Of a stretch of DNA of 64,000 nt, positions 54,982 through 64,000 are shown piece by piece. Source of the DNA: Candidatus Krumholzibacteriia bacterium (GTDB lineage: Bacteria; Krumholzibacteriota; Krumholzibacteriia; JAJRXK01). The notes beneath the pieces are model-generated. The model saw nothing but the letters and a program-made list of their open reading frames with translations. It did no database searches and was not told the DNA's origin. Made by a program: the position numbers and the translations under genes. Numbering within the stretch: position 1 is the stretch's first letter; every line of letters starts with the position of its first letter. The DNA lies in the NCBI GenBank assembly GCA_041484665.1, contig JBGPIA010000001.1, forward strand, positions 352,001 through 416,000. Direction: 5' to 3'.

Positions 54982-55347
54982 GCCCCGCCCCTCCGTCCGC
55001 GCTGGTCCCTGGCGCCCCGCGGCCCTCTCCTGGCGTTGCGGCGGCCGGGCACACTATGCCCCTGGCCGTGCAGTACGGACAACCGTCAAGCCGCGTGGGT
55101 GCGGATGAGCGCGGCAGCGTACGCTGTAACGTGACTGCAGTCGCGCGCCACCGCGCGTGACCCCGACAGGGTGCCACCGCGTCTGACGAACGTCAGCGGC
55201 CCCCGCGTGCGCGGGAGCGGCCACCGCGGACGGCCGCGCCGGCTCAACCGAAGCTCCAGGAGCTGCCATGCGGGCGATCCGCGGTTTCGGAACCGTCGCG
55301 CTGCTCCAGGGCGACCCGGCGATCGGCTTGCTCAGGGAGGATTCCCG

Positions 55348-55821
55348 ATGAGCGAAACGCACAAAGCCAGGCGCCCGCTGGCGCTGGTCACGGGAGCCTC
55401 CAGCAGGATCGGGCTGGAGCTGGCGCGGGTGCTGGCAGCTCGCGGCCACGACCTGGTGCTGATCGCCCGCAACGAGACCGCGCTGCAGGCGGAGCTCGAC
55501 ATGGTCCAGGTCAACGTCGCAGCCCTCACCGCCCTCACCAAGCTCCTTTTGCCCGGCATGCTCCAGCGCCGTGCCGGGCGCATTCTCAATGTCGCGTCGA
55601 CGGCCGCGTTCCAGCCCGGACCGTTGATGGCGGTCGACTCCGCGACGAAGGCGTACGTGCTGCACTTCAGCGAGGCCCTCGCCGAGGAGCTGCGCGGCAG
55701 CGGCGTGACCGTGACCGCCCTGTGTCCGGGGCCCACGCGCTCGGGATTCCAGGCCGCGGCCTGCATCGAGGAGTCCGGCCTCGTGCGCGGGCGAGGTCTG
55801 CCCACGGCGGCGCACGTCGCG
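55348..55821 (+). pseudogene. Decayed short-chain dehydrogenase/reductase
   Basis: [16 protein letters not shown] (Gly to Arg); NNAG-containing segment missing; catalytic YxxxK reads DSATK; 3' end lost, with the frame reading antisense into the next gene. Confidence 0.78.
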
Positions 55822-58323
55822 CTAGCGCGCGCGCCCACGCTCCGGCGCAAAGCTCGGCGTCTGCTCCACCTGCGCCCCGGCCCGGTACCAGCGCGGCTCG
55901 CGGCGATGCTCGTCCCACCACCGGTACCAGTACTCGTCGCGCACCCGGAGCTCCACGCCCGTCTCGGGGAGGCCAGCGCCGCCGGTGGCGCGACGCAGCA
56001 GCTCGCGGATCAGCGTGCGCACCTCCTCCCAGTCGATGGAGGTGAGCTGGCCCTGATCGCCCGGCAACGGGCGCAATGGAACGCGGCGCCACACGAAGTC
56101 GAAGCCGGCTGCCACGGCGTCGGGACGGTCCTTGCGCAGCCAGGCGACGAGCTCCGCAACGCAGCCCGGCCCGCGCGTCTGCTGCCAGCGGTCCAGGAGC
56201 AGGTCGCGGAATCCCACCGCCACGTAGGCGTCGCGCAGGAACCGGTGCAGCGGGCGCCCGCCGTTCGACGCCGCTCGGTCGAGCCCGTCGAGGAACGCCG
56301 CCAACGACGGCGCCGCGTGGGGGTCCCGGTAGAAGCGCGCCTCGAAGCGCGCTCGCTGCCACCAGCGCAGGTAGTCGAGGTTCTCCTCGTCTGCGTTGGC
56401 CCCCGATACGATGTAGCCCGACGTGCGGTCCAGCACCTCCGCTGCCACGCCGCGCAGCTCGTCGGCATGGTACCCCGCGAGCTTGCCGAGCTTGGGGTCC
56501 CAGCGCGCAGCCGGCAGCCCCGCGGACACGAAGTCGTCCTGGTACATGCGCAGCACGGCCATCGCCTCGGCGACGAGCTGCGCGTCGGTCTGCGCGGAGA
56601 GCTGCGCTAGCAGCGCGCGGCGGCGCAGTGGATCGGCGGCCAGCGGACCCAGGAGTGATCGCAGCGGGCCGCCGCGCGACGGCGCAGCGTCGGGCGCTGC
56701 GGCGCGCAGGGCGGGAGCGCGCAGTGCCGCGAGCCACAGGCGCACGTCGGGGATGCGCGAGGGGTCGAGGTAGTAACGCGCATCGAGACCGCGCTCGGCC
56801 CACCAGGCCACCCACAGCTCGATTTGACCGGCGATCTCCGAGGGCGTGGGGCGCCCGCTCGCATCGAGGGGGTCGAGGCGGCGCAGCAGCGCCGCGTCGC
56901 GGCCATTGGACGGGTCGAGAGCGACGCCACGCAAGAGCCGCAGTCCCGCGCGCCGCACGTCGGCCCACGCGGGCGGGCGCTCCCCGGGCGGTGGACCGCC
57001 GTCACGCACGACATAGAGCTCCGGCAGGGCGGCCCTGGCATGCGGCTCGGTCCAGCGCAGCGTCGCCAGCAGCGTGTCGGTCAGCGCCCGGTGTGTCGAA
57101 TCCGCGCGCGCAAGGACTTGCTGCTCGCGCGCGGAATCGAGCGCGATCCGCCACAGGAGCTCCTCCAGCTGGCGCGGAGCCCCCTCGCCGCCCCACAGCG
57201 CACGCACATGCGCTCCCAGGTCGTCGTGCCCGCGCGCATCGCGCGCGACGGCAGCCGGCGCCGGCGAAGGTGTTCCCGCCGCCTGCGCGGCCAGCGCCCC
57301 TTGTGCCGCGCGCCCAGCCGGTGCCGCCCCAGCGGCCAACGCGGCCGACAGAAGCGCCACTCCCAGCGCCCGCGTGGACGCCACTCGTGCCCGCGCGGTC
57401 CGCGTCGCGAGGTCGGCCGGGGCCGGGCCTTGCGCTCCGGTCTGGAAGTCCCGCCATGCCCGGCGCAGCGCGCGCCAGCCCGATCGCCCCATGCCGCTCT
57501 GCAGCGCCGGCCGCCACAGCCGCATCCAGAGCAGAGTAAAGGCCAGGGCGCCCGGTGATCCCGGAGGCCCGAACCGCTGCACCAGCCGCAGACGGCTGCG
57601 CAGGTTGTAGTACAGGAACGCGGGGCTCGACACCCGTGTGGTGGCAGACACCTTGTGCCGCAGGCGCGCCTCCGCCGCCACGGCGATGGTGTACCCGGCC
57701 TGCTCGGCCCGCAGGCAGAGGTCGGCGTCCTCGCAGAAATGGAAGTAACTCGTGTCCAGCGCGCCCACGCGCTCGAGCAGATCGCGCCGCAGGAGCATAG
57801 CGCAGCCCGTCACATAGAAATGGACGTGACCGCGAGTGAGCAGCTGCTCGTCCCCGACCACGCGCTGGATGTGCCGGACACGCCCGCTGGCGAGATTGAA
57901 CCGCCCGCCGCCGTACGCCCACAGCCGGCCGGGGGAATCGAAGTACTCGATGCTCGCGCCCACGACGCCGACGCCGGCGTCGCGCCGGGCCCGCTCCATC
58001 ATCGCCGTCAGCAACCCGGGCTCCACCTCGGTGTCGTTGTTGAGCAGCAGTACCCAATCGGCGCCCTGCTCCAGCGCCCAGGCGATGCCGACGTTGTTGC
58101 CTCCGGCGAACCCGAGGTTCGCGCCGGTTTGCAACAGCGGCAGGTCGGGGAACGCGCCGCGCACCGCCTCCTCGCTGCCATCGGCGCTCCCGTTGTCCAC
58201 CGCGAGGATGCGCGCATTCGGATAGCTGCAACGGGACAGGCTGCGCAGGCAGGCCAGGGTGTCCGCGCGCCCATTCCAGTTGAGCACGACGATGACCACC
58301 AGCGGCTGGGCTGTCGGCGGCAT
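55822..58323 (-). CDS. GT2 family glycosyltransferase fused to a hydrophobic segment and a Trp-rich helical repeat domain
   Basis: [41 protein letters not shown]; one continuous frame to the stop at 55822. Confidence 0.8.
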   Translation of the reverse strand: MPPTAQPLVVIVVLNWNGRADTLACLRSLSRCSYPNARILAVDNGSADGSEEAVRGAFPDLPLLQTGANLGFAGGNNVGIAWALEQGADWVLLLNNDTEVEPGLLTAMMERARRDAGVGVVGASIEYFDSPGRLWAYGGGRFNLASGRVRHIQRVVGDEQLLTRGHVHFYVTGCAMLLRRDLLERVGALDTSYFHFCEDADLCLRAEQAGYTIAVAAEARLRHKVSATTRVSSPAFLYYNLRSRLRLVQRFGPPGSPGALAFTLLWMRLWRPALQSGMGRSGWRALRRAWRDFQTGAQGPAPADLATRTARARVASTRALGVALLSAALAAGAAPAGRAAQGALAAQAAGTPSPAPAAVARDARGHDDLGAHVRALWGGEGAPRQLEELLWRIALDSAREQQVLARADSTHRALTDTLLATLRWTEPHARAALPELYVVRDGGPPPGERPPAWADVRRAGLRLLRGVALDPSNGRDAALLRRLDPLDASGRPTPSEIAGQIELWVAWWAERGLDARYYLDPSRIPDVRLWLAALRAPALRAAAPDAAPSRGGPLRSLLGPLAADPLRRRALLAQLSAQTDAQLVAEAMAVLRMYQDDFVSAGLPAARWDPKLGKLAGYHADELRGVAAEVLDRTSGYIVSGANADEENLDYLRWWQRARFEARFYRDPHAAPSLAAFLDGLDRAASNGGRPLHRFLRDAYVAVGFRDLLLDRWQQTRGPGCVAELVAWLRKDRPDAVAAGFDFVWRRVPLRPLPGDQGQLTSIDWEEVRTLIRELLRRATGGAGLPETGVELRVRDEYWYRWWDEHRREPRWYRAGAQVEQTPSFAPERGRAR

Positions 58324-58377
58324 GGGTCTGCGGGTCCGTCGGTGGACAGAGGGGTAGTGACGAGCTAGCGTAGGCGC

Positions 58378-59028
58378 ATGGAGCGCATCCGGCAAGGAGC
58401 GTGCGGTCTGGCGTTGGTGCTGGCGGCGTGCCACGCGGAGGATGCGGATCTGCGCTGCCGCGCCGCGTCCCCGGCCGATCCAGCCGTCTATCGCACCGAG
58501 ATCGAGTCTGCGCGTGCGGCCAAGGAGCAGAGCTTCAAGACGGCCGACGACAGTCCGATTCCTGTGGCGCGGCGCCCCAGCTGGAAGGGGCTCTCCTTCT
58601 ATCCGGTGGACCCGCGCTTGCGCTTCGAGGGAACGTTGATGCGCAAGGTGGCCTCCGACACCTTCACCATCGTGGCCACCTCGGGCGCGCGCCGCCCGAT
58701 CCGCGAGGTAGGGTACTTCTGGATCGATCTGGGCGCCGGCCGGGAGAAGCTCCCCGTCTACGAGCTGCTCGACCTGGATCCGCAGGACGCCGGGCACCTG
58801 TTCGTGCCGTTCATGGACGCCACGACCACGGCCGAGACCTACCCCGCGGGACGCTACCTGGAGGTGGAGGACAAGGGACAGGGCCGGTACGTGCTGGATT
58901 TCAACCTGGCCTACAACCCGCTCTGCGCATACGGGGGAACGTTCGCCTGCCCGGTGACGCCCGAGAAGAACCGTTTGCGGGCGGCCGTGCGGGCGGGCGA
59001 GACGGGTTACGAGCGAGCGCAGCCATAG
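58378..59028 (+). CDS. DUF1684-type lipoprotein
   Basis: Lipobox LAAC; SPI, LFVPFMD.T...TYPAGRYL, LDFNLAYNPLCAY...CP...N.L...VRAGE. Confidence 0.9.
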   Translation: MERIRQGACGLALVLAACHAEDADLRCRAASPADPAVYRTEIESARAAKEQSFKTADDSPIPVARRPSWKGLSFYPVDPRLRFEGTLMRKVASDTFTIVATSGARRPIREVGYFWIDLGAGREKLPVYELLDLDPQDAGHLFVPFMDATTTAETYPAGRYLEVEDKGQGRYVLDFNLAYNPLCAYGGTFACPVTPEKNRLRAAVRAGETGYERAQP

Positions 59029-59068
59029 ATCGCGCGGCGGCCGGTCAGGTCTGCGCGGCGCTGCGAGC

Positions 59069-61186
59069 TCAGGAAGCGGCGGCCAGACCTGCGCGGCGTG
59101 CGAGATCGCGCCGCGGCATGGTGATCCGCAGGCGCACGCCCTCCTCGGCCGGTGCCTCGATCTCCAGGCTCCCCTCGCCTCCAAAGCGTTCGTGCAGCCA
59201 GCGGCGAACGCGGGCCAGCCCGCCCTCGCCGTCGAACAGGCGCGGGTCGACGCCGCCTTGGAACCCCCGCCCGTTGTCCTCCACGGTGATCACACAGCGG
59301 CCGTCCAGCGCGGCGGCGCGGATGGCGATGTGGCCCTCGCGCAGCTCGCGCGCGAGCCCGTGCAACAGCGCGTTCTCGATGAGCGGCTGCAGCAGCCGCC
59401 GCGGGATCTCCTGCTGGCCCAGGGCCGCGTCGTAGCTCAAGCTCACCGAAAGACGATTGCGCAGCCGCAGCTTCTCCAGCGCGAGGTAGTCCTGCACGAA
59501 CTCCATCTCCTGGCCCAGGGTCGTCGGGCTGCGCTCGGGGGATCGGAGGTACTCGTAGGTCGAGTGGAGGCGGCGCAGCACGACCAGCGCGGCAGGCGGA
59601 TCCGACTCCCCAATCTCGTCGGCCACCGCCAGGACGTCGCCCACCAGCTCGGGATCGAAGCGCTCGCGCAGCTCGCGCGCCTGCCCCCGGGCGCGCAACA
59701 GCTCGCCCTGCAGCACGTGCATCTGGCGGTCGGCAGGGCCCCGCTCCCCCACCCCGGGGGCACTCGCCGGTGACGCCGCCGTGGCGCCATCGGCCGCCCT
59801 GGCCGCCCCCGCCACGTCACCCGCGGTGGTCGGCTCCGTGGTGTGGGTCGCCTGGGCGTGTTGTGGCTCGGTCGGGCTGCGGTCGCGCAGCGCTTCCACG
59901 GCGGCTCCCAGCAGCTCGGCCACCAGGTGCAGGTAGCGCCGTTCGGCGTCGAAGTACGGGTAGAGGTTGCGCCGCTCGCCAAGCAGCAGCCAGCCCACGC
60001 GCGCATGCCCCGGGCCCAGCGCGATGCGCAAGCGATAGCACCGGCCGTGCTCCTGCTCCATCCGGATCACGTCCTGGTCGGTCGTGGAACGGCTGACCAT
60101 GATCCGCACGCTCTTGGCGTGCACTGCGCGGGCGATGTCGCGCGCGGCGCCGTCGATGAGGCCCTGCAGCGTATGGGTCCCCGCGAGCCGCTGGGAGAAA
60201 CGGTGGACGCCCGCCTCCAGGTCGACGTTGCGATCGAACAGCAGGCGATCGGACAGATGGCCGAGCGCGCGGCCGAGCATCGGCCCCAGCGCCACGGCCA
60301 GCAGTAGCACGCCGGTACGCGAGAGGCTCGTGGCGTAGCGGCCCCACGGCTGCTCCAGGAACACGATGCGGTTGAACGCAAAGTAGGTGACCAGTACCAG
60401 TGCGGTCCAGGCGAGCAGCCGCAGCCCGTCGCGGATGTAGCGGTCCATGAAAGAGAACTCGTAGCGCACCAGGGCCAGGAACACGCAGAAGAGCACGCTG
60501 TGCAGGTGCAGCACCGGCAGCAGCACCGAGTCGGTGAGGCGGGGCCGCGTGCCGTGCCAGACTGCGATGCCGATCAGCACGACGGACAGGCTTAGCAGCA
60601 GCAGGGCGCGCGCCAGCGCCGGCACCAGGATCCGCTCCTGGCCGGGGCGCGCGGGAAACAGCGTGAACGTCATGAACAGGAGCGTTCCGCCGAACAGATA
60701 GGCCGAGGTCGGCCCGATCGCCGAACGGAGGCCGCGCAAGGTCTGCGCGACCGTTCCGGCGTCGAGCAGGTACGCCATCCCGCCCACCAGCAGCAGGAGA
60801 TACGCGGCGCAGACGTAGAGGCGGCCGTGGCGGTGGACGTGGGTGGTGATCGCCGCGCGCAGGCTGGGCGCCTGGCGGCGGTAGACGCGCTCGAAGGTGG
60901 CGAACAGGTGGAAGAACAGCACCAGCACCAGCAGGGCAAGCATCAGCTGCACGCCCTGGAGCGCGCGCAGCAGCGTCGTACGCGGCTCGGCCCGGCTGAG
61001 GTTGAACACGTACTCGGCCAGCTGCGTGAGCTGCCAGGCCGCCAACGCCAGGTTCGCACCGGCGAAGAGCTGGATCTCGAAATGCCGACTGCGGCGCCGC
61101 AGGATGCACCACGCCATCCCGGCGTGGAGGGCCGCAGCGAGGACGTACGCGATGAGGAAGCCCAGCTTGATATCGGCCCTGTCCAT
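59069..61186 (-). CDS. Multi-TM LytS/YehU-type sensor kinase-like protein with degenerate H-box
   Basis: Multiple TMs, GAF-like region, TLGQEMEFVQDYLALEKLR, LLQPLIENALLHG, VEDNGRG. Confidence 0.85.
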   Translation of the reverse strand: MDRADIKLGFLIAYVLAAALHAGMAWCILRRRSRHFEIQLFAGANLALAAWQLTQLAEYVFNLSRAEPRTTLLRALQGVQLMLALLVLVLFFHLFATFERVYRRQAPSLRAAITTHVHRHGRLYVCAAYLLLLVGGMAYLLDAGTVAQTLRGLRSAIGPTSAYLFGGTLLFMTFTLFPARPGQERILVPALARALLLLSLSVVLIGIAVWHGTRPRLTDSVLLPVLHLHSVLFCVFLALVRYEFSFMDRYIRDGLRLLAWTALVLVTYFAFNRIVFLEQPWGRYATSLSRTGVLLLAVALGPMLGRALGHLSDRLLFDRNVDLEAGVHRFSQRLAGTHTLQGLIDGAARDIARAVHAKSVRIMVSRSTTDQDVIRMEQEHGRCYRLRIALGPGHARVGWLLLGERRNLYPYFDAERRYLHLVAELLGAAVEALRDRSPTEPQHAQATHTTEPTTAGDVAGAARAADGATAASPASAPGVGERGPADRQMHVLQGELLRARGQARELRERFDPELVGDVLAVADEIGESDPPAALVVLRRLHSTYEYLRSPERSPTTLGQEMEFVQDYLALEKLRLRNRLSVSLSYDAALGQQEIPRRLLQPLIENALLHGLARELREGHIAIRAAALDGRCVITVEDNGRGFQGGVDPRLFDGEGGLARVRRWLHERFGGEGSLEIEAPAEEGVRLRITMPRRDLARRAGLAAAS

Positions 61187-61398
61187 GGCTACGAGTATAC
61201 CAGAGGGGCGCGTGGGAGTTGGCGGTGCGGCCGCGCCCCCGGCGCGCCGGGCCGCCTGGGCGAGCGCGGCTACGCCCGCACGACCACCTCATCGGCAACG
61301 CTTGGGCGCGCGGCACCATCCGGGCGGATCGCCCGCGATGAGGACGGATCGACCACCGCGACGACCCATGCGCCGCTGCGGGGTGGCGCCGCGACGGG

Positions 61399-61890
61399 CT
61401 AACCTGCGCGCGCCGCGCGCGCCGCCCGCTCCGCCCGCTCCTCCGCCTGCCGCAGGCGCTCCAGGACCGTGTCCAGTCCGTCGGCGAGCGCGCGCAGCTC
61501 GCTGTCGCCCAGGCCGTCCACCTGGTAGAGGAAGAAGTCCCGACCCGCGCCTTCGAGCTGGTTGATCACGCGGGTGCCCCGGTGGGTGACGCGTACGCGG
61601 AACGACCGGCGGTCGCTGGGCTCAGGGAAGCGCTCGATGAGCTGCTTGTGCTCCAGCCGGACGATCATACCGGTCATGTTCTGCTTGCTGACGCAGAGCT
61701 GGCGGCAGAGCTCGGTGGGGGTCAGGCCGCGCGCGCCGACCTGCACCAGCAGGCCGAGGCTGAGCCATTGTGCGGAGGTGATTCCGGATCGGCGTGCGAG
61801 CGCCCCACCACGCCGATCCAGCAGGTTGGCCACGCGCAGCGCGTCCAACAGAGCGCGCCTGGCCAGGGCCGGCCGATCGATCGGGACCAT
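61399..61890 (-). CDS. MarR family transcriptional regulator
   Basis: GITSAQW, wHTH PTELC...KQNMTGMI.RLE, DRRS..V.VT.RG. Confidence 0.92.
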   Translation of the reverse strand: MVPIDRPALARRALLDALRVANLLDRRGGALARRSGITSAQWLSLGLLVQVGARGLTPTELCRQLCVSKQNMTGMIVRLEHKQLIERFPEPSDRRSFRVRVTHRGTRVINQLEGAGRDFFLYQVDGLGDSELRALADGLDTVLERLRQAEERAERAARAARAG

Positions 61891-62115
61891 CGCGGGCTCA
61901 CCCCTTGACAGAGATGAGGCGCAGGGGTCGCCCTCTCCGGGGTCGTCGGTTCCGCAGGGACGCTACCTCCATCCTGTCCTGGCCGCAACCCTGGAAGGTG
62001 GAGCGCCCGCAGGGCACGCGGGGAACCCGCCGGGCACGAACGCGCAGCGCACGCGGCGCCAATACCGCGCGCCGCGCGCAGACCGCGCAGCGTCCGCGCC
62101 TCGCACATCCAGCGC

Positions 62116-62385
62116 TCAGTGCTCCTGCAGCGCGCGGAGCAATTTCGCGGGATCGACGCGGTACTTGAACCGCTTGCGCCCGTCGACCAGCACCACGGGG
62201 ATCTCGGTGCGGTACAGGGCCTCCAGCCTGGGGTCGCCGTCGATGGAGACCTCCTCCAGCCGGAAGTCGATCTCGCGGCGGACGCGGGCCAGCACCGCCT
62301 TGGCCTGCGCGCACAGGTGGCACCCCGACGCGCTGAACAAGGTCACCACGCGCACGGAGGATGCCAGCCCGTGCGCGGCGCTCAC
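62116..62385 (-). CDS. Glutaredoxin-like protein (DUF836-type)
   Basis: [29 protein letters not shown] overlap with the queF stop. Confidence 0.85.
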   Translation of the reverse strand: MSAAHGLASSVRVVTLFSASGCHLCAQAKAVLARVRREIDFRLEEVSIDGDPRLEALYRTEIPVVLVDGRKRFKYRVDPAKLLRALQEH

Positions 62386-62741
62386 GCGCCGCGCACGTGG
62401 CGAGCTTCCACCACGGTGTGGATGCCGCCGCGCACGGAGAAGTCGCCCTCCACGGTCATCTCCAGCGGATCGACCGCGGCGACCAGATCGTCGAGGATCC
62501 GATTCACGACCGCCTCGTGGAACGCGCCCTCGTTGCGATAGCTCCACAGGTAGAGCTTGAGCGACTTCAGCTCGACGCAGCGCTGGTCGGGCACGTAGTG
62601 CAGACGGATGGTGGCGAAGTCGGGCTGCCCGGTCCGCGGGCAGATGCAGGTGAACTCCGGCGCCTCCATGCGGATCTCGTAGCGCCGCCCCGGGTGCGGG
62701 TTGGCAAAGGTCTCGAGGCTGCGGCTGGGCGAGGTGGGCAT
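62382..62741 (-). CDS. queF: NADPH-dependent preQ0 reductase (unimodular)
   Basis: [25 protein letters not shown] QueF motif, FHE, RGGI. Confidence 0.96.
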   Translation of the reverse strand: MPTSPSRSLETFANPHPGRRYEIRMEAPEFTCICPRTGQPDFATIRLHYVPDQRCVELKSLKLYLWSYRNEGAFHEAVVNRILDDLVAAVDPLEMTVEGDFSVRGGIHTVVEARHVRGA

Positions 62742-62849
62742 GGCGTTCTGCGCAGGCCTCGCGCGCTGTGCGGCCGCGCGGGGGACCCTAGCCCGCCGGC
62801 GCGGCGGTGCGGGGCCCGTGCGGCGAAAACGATAGCCGATTGGCCCGCA

Positions 62850-62883
62850 AACGACCAGGAGGGAGCCCGTGAGCTCCCTCCTG
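62850..62883 (-). terminator. Intrinsic terminator-like hairpin after the barrel gene
   Basis: CAGGAGGGAGC-N6-GCTCCCTCCTG (11-bp stem, 62856-62883) followed on the minus strand by GTCGTTT. Confidence 0.65.
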
Positions 62884-62929
62884 CAGACGTGCGGGGCCGC
62901 AGCGCCGCCACCGCGGGATCCCCGTCGAG

Positions 62930-64000
62930 CTACTTCTTGCCGCCGCCCCAGTTGACGGTTGCGCTGAGCATGGCGAACGCCGCCTGGTCGCCGCCGCCCA
63001 GGAAGTTCGCGCCCTGCAGCACGCGCTGCTCATTGAGCGCAGCGTCCAGCAGGAAGTTGTCGCCGATCGCCACGCTGGCGCCGGCCACCCACGAGAAGTC
63101 GTAGGTCCGGTCAAAGATCTCGACCTCGGGGTTGCCTTGCGCATCACTGCGGTGGAAGTTGTAGACCGAGCGCACGCCGCCCCGCACGGCCCACCGGCCA
63201 TGGATGTATTCCATCGAGCCGGTGAAGCCAGGCACGGTGAAGTACCGAATGTCGGTCTGGCTATTGGGAGTCGGAGGCTCCTCCTTCAGCGCCTGGTTGC
63301 CCACGTTGAGCTGGGCAGCTACCTGCCAGGTCTCGGGAGCGTTGCGCCAAATCGGCCCGAAGCCGACGATCCACGAGTTGGTCGACTCCTTGAATTGGGC
63401 CACCGGATCGGTGTCCAGGTCCTCCTTGTCGGAGCCGTGGTTGAAGGCCCCCAGCACGCACCACTCGTACCCGCCCATCTCGTGGTAGTGGCGTAGGGCG
63501 AGGGTCCACTGCGTGTAGTCACCCGAGAGGTCGGGGTCCGGATCGGCCGACGCGCGCGGGCCCTTCAGGCCGCTCTTGCCCATACCGATTTCGGCGCCGA
63601 TGTCGGTCTTCTCGTTGCCCCAGCTGGCCTGGACGTGGAATACGTGGGCGAACTCGTCGTTGGTCGTGACCGCTCCACCCGTGGGCGTGCTGACGGTCTT
63701 GTCGGCGACCCGGCCCACACCGACACGCACGCCCAGCTCGGAGCTATCGAGGGCCCACGCGAACCCGGCATCGACCCAATTGAACTGGAACGGATCGAGG
63801 TTCGTCGGACCCGACCCATGGACGCTCACCAGCGGGCTGAAGAGACCCCGATCGTTGCCGCCCCAGAACCCGGAGGCGAGCCCGTTGAGGAAGTCGCCAC
63901 GGGAGGCGCTCAGGTTCAGCGCCCACTGCTCGCTGCCGAAGATCAGCGTGGCGCTGCCGCTGGCGTCGACGGGGCCCCCTGCGGGCGGCGAGTAGTTGCC
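62930..64000 (-). CDS. Probable outer-membrane beta-barrel protein; 5' end beyond the window
   Basis: Frame open to the right edge; alternating amphipathic strands rich in G/W/F/Y; ends [12 protein letters not shown]. Confidence 0.7.
   Translation of the reverse strand, partial: GNYSPPAGGPVDASGSATLIFGSEQWALNLSASRGDFLNGLASGFWGGNDRGLFSPLVSVHGSGPTNLDPFQFNWVDAGFAWALDSSELGVRVGVGRVADKTVSTPTGGAVTTNDEFAHVFHVQASWGNEKTDIGAEIGMGKSGLKGPRASADPDPDLSGDYTQWTLALRHYHEMGGYEWCVLGAFNHGSDKEDLDTDPVAQFKESTNSWIVGFGPIWRNAPETWQVAAQLNVGNQALKEEPPTPNSQTDIRYFTVPGFTGSMEYIHGRWAVRGGVRSVYNFHRSDAQGNPEVEIFDRTYDFSWVAGASVAIGDNFLLDAALNEQRVLQGANFLGGGDQAAFAMLSATVNWGGGKK

Noticed and set aside
55822..59184. 1120-aa ORF starting at 59184
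   Set aside because: The first 287 codons are antisense to the DUF1684 gene; the GT2 begins at ATG 58323.
62742..62929. preQ1 riboswitch upstream of queF
   Set aside because: No recognisable preQ1 aptamer or A-rich tail; the only clear hairpin is better explained as the upstream gene's terminator.

Overview
Very GC-rich bacterial chromosomal segment with about 42 densely packed genes. Three FlgD-Ig (T9SS-like) C-terminal tails, a PorV/PorQ-family barrel and a C-terminal SWGxxKxxYR motif point, by inference, to an FCB-related candidate phylum such as Latescibacterota, Krumholzibacteriota or Eisenbacteria. Housekeeping genes include trpS, addB/addA, queF, a transketolase-like enzyme, an NtrY/NtrX-like pair, an SQR-like flavoprotein and a PIG-L deacetylase. 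There is also a four-gene envelope glycosylation cluster. The most striking element is a 15-kb, tightly packed six-gene operon on the minus strand (33520-48662). It encodes, in order: a ~3000-aa FlgD-tailed Ig-repeat surface protein, a PorV/PorQ barrel fused to TPRs, a membrane HAMP-PP2C phosphatase, an RsbW-like kinase, a STAS anti-anti-sigma factor and a GAF histidine kinase. This looks like a candidate trans-envelope surface-sensing partner-switching system. Other observations: a 3' remnant of a class C group II intron, an orphan mini flagellar-rod-like gene with a sigma28-type promoter, a LytS-type kinase lacking its phospho-His, a GT2 fused to Trp-Trp repeats, a decayed SDR, and a queF/glutaredoxin-like gene couple. 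All calls come from visual motif recognition; no database searches were run, and start codons are best estimates.
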